In this document: in pieces, positions 8,223-16,465 of the stretch
How the letters are laid out: every line of letters begins with the position of its first letter
Numbering within the stretch: position 1 is the stretch's first letter
IMG/VR virus record: IMGVR_UViG_3300005805_007730
Location: 1-31,906 of that record
Source of the DNA: a virus
Lineage: Duplodnaviria; Caudoviricetes
DNA: 31,906 bases
Strand: one strand, 5' to 3'
Program-made: the position numbers and the translations under genes
Notes under the pieces: generated by a model
Database searches by the model: none
The model's input: the letters and a program-made list of their open reading frames with translations, nothing else
Told to the model about the DNA's origin: nothing

Positions 8223-9851
8223 ATGAGTACAACAAAAAATATAAACGGAACAGAACTTAAAGAGAAGTTACTTTCTGGAATTGAGAAATTAAACTTAGCT
8301 GTATCTTCTACATTAGGACCAGGCGGTAGAACAGTTTTAATTAGAGAACAAAACGGTGAAGTTAAAGTAACCAAAGACGGTGTAACAGTGGCTAAAGCCT
8401 TTCACAAATTAGAAGACGACGTTGAAGATTTGGGCGCACAGTTGGTAAAGCAAGTTAGTATTAAATCTGCAGTTGAAGCAGGAGATGGCACTACTACTTC
8501 TACTTTATTGGCGACAGAAATCGTAAAAGAAGGTTTAAAAGTTATTCGTCAAGGTTCTAACGCAGTAGAGATCAAAAACTCTATTGATAAAACTGTTAAG
8601 CAAGTTATCGAGAACATCAAGAATATTGCGATAGATATTGATTCAGAAGAGCAAGTAAAGCAAGTAGCAACTATCTCAGGTAATAACGATCCAGAAGTTG
8701 GTAACTTAATCGCAACTGCTATCGAAAAAGTAGGTCGCGAAGGCGTAGTTACAATCGAAGAGTCTAAATCTGGAGAAACTAGTTTAGAAGTGGTTGAAGG
8801 TATGCAATTCGATAGAGGTTATAAATCTCCATACTTCGTTACTAACAACACAACGATGCAAGCTGTATTAGAAGATCCTTACATTTTCTTGTACGACGGC
8901 AGAATCTCTTCAGCACAAGAACTATTGCAAGTATTAACTAAAGCAAATTCTGAAAACAAACCATTGTTGATTGTAGCTGAAGATATCGGCGAAGAAGCAT
9001 TAGCGACTTTGATCGTTAATAAGATGAGAGGCATTGTTCAAGTGTGTGCAGTTAAAGCACCAGACTTTGCAGAAAGAAAAACATTGATATTAGAAGATAT
9101 TGCAATCTTAACAGGAGGTGCAGTTGCTTCTAAAGATAAAGGTCATAAATTAGATAAATTAACTGGCGCTCAAATTAACGACTTCTTAGGTAGAGCTAGA
9201 TTAGTTACTGTATCTAAAGACGAAACTACTATCATAGATGGTAAAGGCGCAGAAGCTGTAATTGAAGCAAGAGCTGAAGAGATCAAAGAGCAAATTGAAA
9301 AATCTACTTCTTTCTACGAGAAAGAAAAATTACAAGAGAGATTAGGTAAACTAGTCGGAGGCGTAGCAATCATCAACGTAGGCGGAAATTCAGATATTGA
9401 AATTAGAGAAAAGAAAGACAGAGTAGAAGACGCTTTATATGCAACAAAAGCAGCATTATCAGATGGTATCGTACCAGGCGGAGGTTCAGCTTTATTCAAT
9501 GCTTCTTTACAACATTATCCAGAAGATTCTGTTAACGATGCGATTGCTCAAGAGATTGTTCGAAAAGCTATTCAAATGCCATTTAGAAAAATCTTAGAAA
9601 ATGCAGGAGTTCAAGATTGGTACACAAAGATTCCTAAAGAGGGTCAAGTATACGATGCTAAGAATCATGAGATTGTAGATGCATTAGAAGCGGGAATCAT
9701 TGATCCAGCTAAAGTAGTTATCACAGCTCTTAGAAATGCGGCTTCAGTAGCAGGCACAATCTTAACTACAGAATCAGTAGTATTTGAAAAGAAAGATAAA
9801 GACGAAAAACCAACCATGGACCCAATGATGGGTATGGGTATGGGAATGTAA
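8223..9851 (+). CDS. groEL: chaperonin GroEL
   Basis: TLGPGGR, TKDGVTVA, AGDGTTT, EGMQFDRGY, GIVPGGG, GMGMGM tail. Confidence 0.97.
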   Translation: MSTTKNINGTELKEKLLSGIEKLNLAVSSTLGPGGRTVLIREQNGEVKVTKDGVTVAKAFHKLEDDVEDLGAQLVKQVSIKSAVEAGDGTTTSTLLATEIVKEGLKVIRQGSNAVEIKNSIDKTVKQVIENIKNIAIDIDSEEQVKQVATISGNNDPEVGNLIATAIEKVGREGVVTIEESKSGETSLEVVEGMQFDRGYKSPYFVTNNTTMQAVLEDPYIFLYDGRISSAQELLQVLTKANSENKPLLIVAEDIGEEALATLIVNKMRGIVQVCAVKAPDFAERKTLILEDIAILTGGAVASKDKGHKLDKLTGAQINDFLGRARLVTVSKDETTIIDGKGAEAVIEARAEEIKEQIEKSTSFYEKEKLQERLGKLVGGVAIINVGGNSDIEIREKKDRVEDALYATKAALSDGIVPGGGSALFNASLQHYPEDSVNDAIAQEIVRKAIQMPFRKILENAGVQDWYTKIPKEGQVYDAKNHEIVDALEAGIIDPAKVVITALRNAASVAGTILTTESVVFEKKDKDEKPTMDPMMGMGMGM

Positions 9852-9870
9852 TAAAATAAAAAACACGGTT

Positions 9871-10806
9871 ATGAAAATTGGATTGGTATCAATTATGGGA
9901 AATGTAGGTTCAACATTCAACTCACAGGGAGGCGGATACGGACTTATACAAACAAAAATGTTGAAAGACAACCATCCAGATGATATTGTAGACGTAAACC
10001 CCAGTCCTAGCGATTGGGGTTCTTACGATACCTTATACGTTTGCGAAGGAGTTAATTTTGTTGAAGGATCATTTAATGTTCCTGGTGGGCCACAACCCAT
10101 CCACACAGAAAAAATGAAAGCTATTTCAGAGTTCGAAGGAGAAATAAGATTTTCTAATAGTCAATTTGATTTCAATAAGTTCAACCAAAGATTAAAAGTA
10201 GAAGGACAATTTCCTGATACTAGTATGATAGCTTGGTATAACACTTTTTTATCTCACGGTTTACAAAGTAGAAAAGGAGTTATTGGAGATTCTCATGCAT
10301 TATCAGTGTGGAAACCTGGACACTCTTTAGATTTTACAGCAGGTAGAACTTTACATGGATTCTTAAAAAGAGAAACAGTAGAAGAGATCAGCAGTAGATT
10401 CGATGAAGTTACTTTGTACTTCGGTAATATTGATTTGCGTTTCCATTTAATGAGACAAGAAAATCCGCAACAAGCAACAGCAGATCTATTTAATCGTTAC
10501 GTTGATTTTGCAAAACAATTAAAGAAAGCCACATTAGTTGAATTGTTACCAGTAGAACACGAATCAAGAAAAATTCCTGGAACTGGTTTATACAAGAAAC
10601 AACCATTCTTTGGCACGAGATTAGAAAGAATGCAATTAAGAGAAATCGCTAATGAAATTATTAACAATTCAGGATTAGAAGTAATTCGATGGCCAAATGA
10701 ATGGGTAGACGAAGACGGTACTAAGATGTTAGAAATTTTAGAAATGAAACAATCTGTGCATTTGAAACCTAAGCACTATCCTTACCTTACAGAGATTTTA
10801 AAATAA
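9871..10806 (+). CDS. conserved phage protein with SGNH-hydrolase-like C-terminal domain
   Basis: IGDSH, GRTLHG, YFGNID and C-terminal SVHL in SGNH block order; function is inference. Confidence 0.6.
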   Translation: MKIGLVSIMGNVGSTFNSQGGGYGLIQTKMLKDNHPDDIVDVNPSPSDWGSYDTLYVCEGVNFVEGSFNVPGGPQPIHTEKMKAISEFEGEIRFSNSQFDFNKFNQRLKVEGQFPDTSMIAWYNTFLSHGLQSRKGVIGDSHALSVWKPGHSLDFTAGRTLHGFLKRETVEEISSRFDEVTLYFGNIDLRFHLMRQENPQQATADLFNRYVDFAKQLKKATLVELLPVEHESRKIPGTGLYKKQPFFGTRLERMQLREIANEIINNSGLEVIRWPNEWVDEDGTKMLEILEMKQSVHLKPKHYPYLTEILK

Positions 10807-10823
10807 TTATTAAAAACAAAAAT

Positions 10824-11513
10824 ATGAAAAAAATAGCATTCATAGTAGTTGCTTTATTAGCAACACTAGTTAGTTGTAAAACAGCTGAAGTAGAACAAGA
10901 AGTTAAATTAGACGAAATAGTACAGGTTCATCAAGGAGCTTTTGCATTTTGCGGTGCATCAGCAGCAGTTCCAACTGGAAAAAAGATTATTGTTCAAGGA
11001 GTAGAATTTGATGAAGGTTGTGCTGTATGTCCAGTATTAACAGGTCCTTCTATTTCTAACTTAGCAATGCACGGTTTTAGTGGAACTTATGGAAAGTTTA
11101 ATGTAGGTCAAAATCCACAAACTCCTGATGGAACAGATAAAACCGTATGGTCTTTCTTTTGGTACTACGATTCAACAACAACTGTACCTCAATTTGATCC
11201 GGCATCTAAAGAGTGGAAATTATTACCACCAGTAAATCGTGCGTTTGTTATTAATCTTGATTCTCCAAGCACAAGCGAAAGTAATATGTTTGCAATGCCA
11301 GGAGTTATCTTCGACACAACATCTGATGGTATTGTATTAGCAAAAGTATATGGACCACTTAACGAAGCAGCAGTTCCATTACGTAAAGCCGTTCCAGTTA
11401 AATCGGGAATGACATCGGTAACCGCAGCTAAAGAAGGATTCCCTTACCCAGTAGGAACCCCAGTTCCTGTTAGCGCATTAAGTAAGGAACTTCAAAAAAC
11501 TAAAAAATACTAA
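10824..11513 (+). CDS. hypothetical lipoprotein
   Basis: MKK + hydrophobic core + LVSC lipobox; FAFC and CAVC cysteines. Confidence 0.7.
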   Translation: MKKIAFIVVALLATLVSCKTAEVEQEVKLDEIVQVHQGAFAFCGASAAVPTGKKIIVQGVEFDEGCAVCPVLTGPSISNLAMHGFSGTYGKFNVGQNPQTPDGTDKTVWSFFWYYDSTTTVPQFDPASKEWKLLPPVNRAFVINLDSPSTSESNMFAMPGVIFDTTSDGIVLAKVYGPLNEAAVPLRKAVPVKSGMTSVTAAKEGFPYPVGTPVPVSALSKELQKTKKY

Positions 11514-11516
11514 TTA

Positions 11517-12404
11517 ATGTTTTTAAACAAAGCAACAGATGAATCTAATTTAGACATGTCGGATGGTAGAGACTTAAACTACTATCTTGACATGACTAAA
11601 GATTACAAACACGATTTTACATTTAAAGTAAAAGACGTAGAAGGCTTTAAGGTTGTCGATGATGGAGAATTCCAATTTGGAACTAAAGCAAAAATGGCAG
11701 ACTTCTTCATATCTCAAGTAAAAGAAGATGCAATGGTTTATGTTGCACCAAGAACAGGTTACGCTCCTTATTCTTTGTGTCATTTAGCAAAGAAGTACAA
11801 TAAAAAATTGTATCTAGTTATGCCAGCTTCTAAAGAGGCGTCAGAGCACCAATTGACGGCAATAGAAAATGGTGGAATTCCAATGTTTACAAGAATACCT
11901 GCAATGCCAACAGCAAATATTTGGGCAAAACAATTCGCAGAAAAAATTGGAGGAAAGTATTTGCCTTTCGGTTTAAAGCACGAAATGGTGGTTGCTGGTG
12001 GAGTTAGAGTATTTTACGATAACTTTAAAGATATCGATATTGAAACCATGTGGAGTGTATTCTCTACTGGAGTTTTATCTCGCACTTTACAGATCGCACT
12101 ACCAAAAACTAAATTCAATGCTGTGGCCGTGGCAAGAAACATTCAAGAAGGAGAACTTGGTAGAGCTAAATTCTACACTCACGACAGAGCGTTCTTAAAA
12201 CCTTCGAGGATACAGACTCCTTTTGATTCTATACAAACATACGACGCAAAAGGTTGGGAGCTCCTAAAGCAACATGGGCAGCAAGGGGATTGGTTTTGGA
12301 ACGTAGCAGGAAATATGCCTAAACCCACAATAAAACCTAGTGACATTGATTCAAGTCGCGAGTGGGGAGACTTTAAAGATTTTGAAAAGCACTACAAAGA
12401 TTAG
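11517..12404 (+). CDS. PLP-dependent enzyme, fold type II (TrpB/cysteine-synthase-like), phage base-modification type
   Basis: GTKAK putative Schiff-base Lys, G..PYSLCHLAKKY, STGVLSR phosphate loop, YDAKGW, FWNVAG. Confidence 0.7.
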   Translation: MFLNKATDESNLDMSDGRDLNYYLDMTKDYKHDFTFKVKDVEGFKVVDDGEFQFGTKAKMADFFISQVKEDAMVYVAPRTGYAPYSLCHLAKKYNKKLYLVMPASKEASEHQLTAIENGGIPMFTRIPAMPTANIWAKQFAEKIGGKYLPFGLKHEMVVAGGVRVFYDNFKDIDIETMWSVFSTGVLSRTLQIALPKTKFNAVAVARNIQEGELGRAKFYTHDRAFLKPSRIQTPFDSIQTYDAKGWELLKQHGQQGDWFWNVAGNMPKPTIKPSDIDSSREWGDFKDFEKHYKD

Positions 12405-12440
12405 CTTTATTATTAGCCCTTTATTTCTTATATTTACTTC

Positions 12441-12746
12441 ATGAATATACTACTTAAAGCAAACGAAATCGTATTCGAAAGAAACGAAGAAAAGGAGCGT
12501 ATGTATGGCCCTTTTCAAGAAGGCATGCAAGAAGCAGCCAAGATTGCATCTTTATTATCAAGAAAAGAGATAACTGCAGTTGATATGTACAATTGCATGA
12601 TTGCTCTTAAGTTATCAAGACAATCTTACAATCACAAAGAAGACAACTTATTAGATTGTGTTGCGTATATTGCATCACTAAATGACTATCAAAACAATGT
12701 ACAGAATGAACATTCAAAAGACAAGAAACGTAAAAACACCAAGTAG
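12441..12746 (+). CDS. DUF6378-like all-alpha protein, putative nucleotide pyrophosphatase
   Basis: A.EIV..R...YG.F, MIALKLSR, DN.LD..AY pattern. Confidence 0.65.
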   Translation: MNILLKANEIVFERNEEKERMYGPFQEGMQEAAKIASLLSRKEITAVDMYNCMIALKLSRQSYNHKEDNLLDCVAYIASLNDYQNNVQNEHSKDKKRKNTK

Positions 12747-13134
12747 AGGTACAAGCTTATCTGCAGGTATCGACTTCTTCGTACCAGAAGATTTTCAAGA
12801 AACGACTATCCATTCAGGTGAATCAGTTTTAATTCCTTCAGGTATTAGAGCGCATGTTCCTCCAGGATATGCATTAATTGCGTTTAACAAATCAGGAGTT
12901 GCGACGAAACAAAACCTTTCGGTTGGAGCTTGCGTAGTAGACGAGGACTACGAAGGAGAAATTCATTTGCATTTAATCAATGTAGGAAGAACTCACACAA
13001 CTATTAAACCAGGACAAAAACTAACTCAGTTTATTTTGATTCCTGTAAGTTATATGGATGTACACGTATTAGAAGAATTACCAGATAGAAACACAGAGCG
13101 TGGAGCTGGTGGATTTGGATCAACAGGGTTATAA
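12706..13134 (+). CDS. dut: trimeric dUTPase
   Basis: SAGIDF, NKSGVA, VVDEDYEGEI, RGAGGFGSTG; start placed at MNIQK (12706). Confidence 0.93.
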   Translation: MNIQKTRNVKTPSRGTSLSAGIDFFVPEDFQETTIHSGESVLIPSGIRAHVPPGYALIAFNKSGVATKQNLSVGACVVDEDYEGEIHLHLINVGRTHTTIKPGQKLTQFILIPVSYMDVHVLEELPDRNTERGAGGFGSTGL

Positions 13135-13151
13135 AATAATAAAAGTAAAAT

Positions 13152-13325
13152 ATGAAAAACTATTATGAATATTGGTACAAGCGATTTATCAAAGACGGAT
13201 TAAAAGCCTGTAAAACAATCGTTGGATTAGGTCTCTCTTTTGCGTTAGGTTATTCGGTTAATTTACCAATTGGATTGCTATTCTTTGCGTGGGTACTAAT
13301 AGAAGCACTAATAGATAGAAATTAG
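13152..13325 (+). CDS. small two-TM membrane protein, 57 aa (not in ORF track)
   Basis: Own translation MKNYYEYWYKRFIKDGLKACKTIVGLGLSFALGYSVNLPIGLLFFAWVLIEALIDRN, TAG stop. Confidence 0.65.
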   Translation: MKNYYEYWYKRFIKDGLKACKTIVGLGLSFALGYSVNLPIGLLFFAWVLIEALIDRN

Positions 13326-13328
13326 AAC

Positions 13329-13907
13329 ATGAAAAATCTAATAGTAATAGGTCATCCCGATAAAAAAAGTTTCTGTTACAACGGTATTATGAAAACTATC
13401 AAAGAAACTTTAAAATCAAATAAAGAAGAAGTCTGCGTAATTGATCTTTACAAAGACAATATAACTTTTGATTTCCCAAAAGAGAAAGTTCAAAAATATA
13501 AAGATCTTGTTACATGGGCGGATAGAATTTATTTTATATCTCCAGTATGGTGGTTTAGATGCACACCCGCGTTAGAATCATTCTTCGACCAAATATTCAC
13601 TCCAGGTTTTGCATATAATTTTAAACCTATAACAAAAGTTTACGGCATACCAAAACCTTTATTAAGTGACAAAAAAGTTAGAACATATTTAACTCACGGT
13701 GCTCCCGCACTACCAGTATTAATTTTGTATCTAAATTCAGTTAAACTAAGATTGGTCATGGGAGTTTATTCTTTTGTATTCGGTTGGTTCAAAACAAAAA
13801 CAAGACAGTTTTGGAGTGTACCATTTATTTCCCAAAATGAAAGATTAATATATTTGGAAAAAGTAAAAGAGGATATTAAAAAAGACCTAAAGTTTTTTAC
13901 AAAATAA
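13329..13907 (+). CDS. flavodoxin-fold NAD(P)H (quinone) oxidoreductase
   Basis: GHPDKKSF, DLY, WADRI.FISPVWW, FDQIFTPGFAY. Confidence 0.85.
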   Translation: MKNLIVIGHPDKKSFCYNGIMKTIKETLKSNKEEVCVIDLYKDNITFDFPKEKVQKYKDLVTWADRIYFISPVWWFRCTPALESFFDQIFTPGFAYNFKPITKVYGIPKPLLSDKKVRTYLTHGAPALPVLILYLNSVKLRLVMGVYSFVFGWFKTKTRQFWSVPFISQNERLIYLEKVKEDIKKDLKFFTK

Positions 13908-13910
13908 TAG

Positions 13911-14321
13911 ATGGAAAAACAACAAAAGTTAGATAAGACATTTATCAACATCGCAAAAGAAATAGGAACTCTATCGTACTGCACCAGATCAAAAGTAGGT
14001 GCAGTATTAGTTAAGGACGGTAATGTAATAAGTTTTGGGTATAATGGCACCCCGGCTGGAATGGATAATGGTTGCGAAGAAAATAATGTTACCAAAGACG
14101 AAGTTATTCACGCAGAAATGAATGCCATATTGAAAGCTGCAAAAAGCGGTAATGCAGTAGATGGTAGCACCCTATACTTAAGTTTATCTCCGTGTCAAAA
14201 TTGTTGTAAATTGATCATACAATCAGGTATTAAACGTGTAGTCTACTTGGAAGAATACAGAGATTTATCGCCTATTGAATTTTTATCTAAATTTATACAA
14301 GTAGAAAAGTATGATATATAA
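13911..14321 (+). CDS. dCMP deaminase
   Basis: KVGAVLV, GYNGTPAG, HAEMNAI, SPCQNC zinc motifs. Confidence 0.93.
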   Translation: MEKQQKLDKTFINIAKEIGTLSYCTRSKVGAVLVKDGNVISFGYNGTPAGMDNGCEENNVTKDEVIHAEMNAILKAAKSGNAVDGSTLYLSLSPCQNCCKLIIQSGIKRVVYLEEYRDLSPIEFLSKFIQVEKYDI

Positions 14322-14949
14322 AAACGCCACAGACGCATTCGAATTATTGTTTAGCGACATTAACGCCAACGGAGAATTATTCGCTGGTACTAAAGCTAAG
14401 TTCAACGTTTCGTTTACACTACAAGACGTAAGTAACAAAAATGTTACCACTCCTCAACGTAAGTTCAACGAAGACTACGCTGAATATGAATGGAATTGGT
14501 ATCTTAAAGGCGATCGTGATGCTAGCGAAATAGCTGAACGCGCTAAGATATGGAAACAGATGATGGTTCCTAATACTACAGAAGTAAACTCTAATTACGG
14601 TTATTTTTGGAAATTAAACGATCAGCTACAAAGAGCAATCACAGAATTACGATTTAATCCAGAAAGCAGAAGAGCAATCGTAGTTCATTATGATATCAAT
14701 GAATTAGATAGATACAAGTATGATACTCCATGTAACGACGTACTTAATTTCTATATCAAAGACGGTAAATTAGAACTAACGGTATTTGCAAGATCTATTG
14801 ACTTAGTATATGGTTTCTGTAATGATCAGTACACATTTGCTAAGCTTATGGAAATGGTTGCTTATCAATTAGAAATTCCAGTAGGAGAAATGCATTGGAT
14901 GGTAACTAACTTACACATCTATCCAAGACATTACGACATGTTAAAATAA
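14311..14949 (+). CDS. thymidylate-synthase-superfamily enzyme, T4 gp42-like dCMP hydroxymethylase/methylase
   Basis: EWNWY, KIWKQ, NSNYG, NPESRR, TPC, RSIDLVYGFCND, LHIYPRH; Asp at the E. coli ThyA Asn177 position. Confidence 0.8.
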   Translation: MIYKNATDAFELLFSDINANGELFAGTKAKFNVSFTLQDVSNKNVTTPQRKFNEDYAEYEWNWYLKGDRDASEIAERAKIWKQMMVPNTTEVNSNYGYFWKLNDQLQRAITELRFNPESRRAIVVHYDINELDRYKYDTPCNDVLNFYIKDGKLELTVFARSIDLVYGFCNDQYTFAKLMEMVAYQLEIPVGEMHWMVTNLHIYPRHYDMLK

Positions 14950-14954
14950 AAGTT

Positions 14955-15434
14955 ATGATAGCGACAAAATTAGCGAGAGAGTTTTTAGAAGAACAGCTAT
15001 CCAAGTTAGTTCCAAAAAAGTACAGTCAATTTGTGTGGTGGAGAAGGTACGAAGTTAGACAGACTCTACCAGAAAAAGCCCCTCTGTACGATAAGATAGT
15101 TAATGGTGATTACGAACACTCTGATTATTATTATCAAGCGGAAATGGAGAATTATCTTCTACAAGACAGAATCAAAGACATACGATTCTATGAAGATCAA
15201 TTAGAGCACAGAAGTCTATTCGGAGCTAGATGGAAAAGATTAATGGACGATTATGCTAAAGACGAGAAAGAAATCTTAAGAAAAATGAAGAAGGACTTTA
15301 AAGCCACTTTCGGTATATCTGGTGATGAATTAGAGCTTATTATGGAAGACTTTGACGGCACAACTTTAGATTTATACATGCACGTAAAACAGTTGACCAG
15401 AGAGCGCAGAATGAAAAATTTACAACTTATTTAA
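14955..15434 (+). CDS. hypothetical protein
   Basis: 159-aa ORF with AGTTATG start context. Confidence 0.7.
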   Translation: MIATKLAREFLEEQLSKLVPKKYSQFVWWRRYEVRQTLPEKAPLYDKIVNGDYEHSDYYYQAEMENYLLQDRIKDIRFYEDQLEHRSLFGARWKRLMDDYAKDEKEILRKMKKDFKATFGISGDELELIMEDFDGTTLDLYMHVKQLTRERRMKNLQLI

Positions 15435-15435
15435 T

Positions 15436-15972
15436 ATGAAAGTAGAATTTGCAGATAGTTTTTGGGAAAGCCTAAAAACATTAGAAAGAAGAGACAGGTG
15501 GTACAACGTAGCTTGGAGAACGATTAGGTACAATATACCAAATTTTTTAAAGAATGTGTGGTACTTTAGAGCCGAACTTTATGATTTTGAACCTTGGGAT
15601 TACAGATTCAATCTTAATCTATTTCAAAAATCCTTAGAGAGCACAGCAGATTATCTTGAAAATTATGGAATAGAAGAAGACGAATCTAGAATGAAGAAAG
15701 TTGCTAAAATAAGAAGAGCAATTGAACTGCTTAAACGCGATAAAGAAGCTAATTGGATGGAACAAGCGGAAGCTGAATTGGGTGAAATGAAAAATAGCGG
15801 CGATCCAAGAGAGGATACACCTGAGGAATTTGCACATAATAGAAAAGTACTTAAAAGATATCAAGAAATTCAACAAAAAGAGTGGAACGAATTGTGGAGA
15901 ATTATTAAAGGAACGAAATATAAAACTTACGAAGATTGGGATGGATCGGATATTCGTGGATGGTGGGATTAA
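15436..15972 (+). CDS. hypothetical phage protein
   Basis: 178-aa Trp-rich ORF ending GWWD; tightly packed with neighbours. Confidence 0.7.
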   Translation: MKVEFADSFWESLKTLERRDRWYNVAWRTIRYNIPNFLKNVWYFRAELYDFEPWDYRFNLNLFQKSLESTADYLENYGIEEDESRMKKVAKIRRAIELLKRDKEANWMEQAEAELGEMKNSGDPREDTPEEFAHNRKVLKRYQEIQQKEWNELWRIIKGTKYKTYEDWDGSDIRGWWD

Positions 15973-15982
15973 AACAAAAAAT

Positions 15983-16240
15983 ATGCAATATATCAAACAA
16001 ATTTTAACGGTGTTTAGTGTAGGACTTATCCTATTCACAATGTACACACAGAATGAAAAAATTACAGAATTAAAAACTACTGTAATAAAACAACAAAAAG
16101 TTGTTGACAGCTTACAAACAGATTTATTTTTATCTAAAACAATGAATGGTAGATACGAATTAACATTGGAAAATTTAAAAGAAAAGAATCCAAACGCTGC
16201 AAAGCAATTTGAGAGCTATCTTTCAAGTGAAACAGAGTAG
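15983..16240 (+). CDS. hypothetical membrane-anchored coiled-coil protein
   Basis: Start moved to ATG 15983 (MQYIKQILTVFSVGLILF) to avoid overlap with upstream gene. Confidence 0.65.
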   Translation: MQYIKQILTVFSVGLILFTMYTQNEKITELKTTVIKQQKVVDSLQTDLFLSKTMNGRYELTLENLKEKNPNAAKQFESYLSSETE

Positions 16241-16280
16241 ATTAATTTATTGTTAACGAAGTATTAAACAAATCCCCAAA

Positions 16281-16288
16281 ATATTTAT
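16281..16288 (+). promoter_or_regulatory. ATATTTAT motif, putative phage promoter
   Basis: Recurrent motif at start of the TonB receptor leader. Confidence 0.5.
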
Positions 16289-16409
16289 AGGGGTAACGGA
16301 ATTTTTTCCGTTGTGTTACGAATAATATATGAATATACAGTACAAAACAAATACGTACAGTCTTCAATATCGATTGCAATTGCGATCTAACTTTTTATCA
16401 ACATACAAG

Positions 16410-16441
16410 AACGCGGTGGTCCAATTGGCCCCGCGTTTTTT
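16410..16441 (+). terminator. intrinsic terminator/attenuator in TonB receptor leader
   Basis: AACGCGG-T-GGTC-CAATT-GGCC-CCGCGTT hairpin followed by T-run, 25 nt before ATG 16466. Confidence 0.65.
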
Positions 16442-16465
16442 ATTTTTAAACCAAAAACAAACCAA

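Noticed and set aside
14311-14949. Ordinary thymidylate synthase thyA
   Set aside because: Lacks the PFN motif and has Asp at the specificity site with gp42-like segments, so thyA was not assigned
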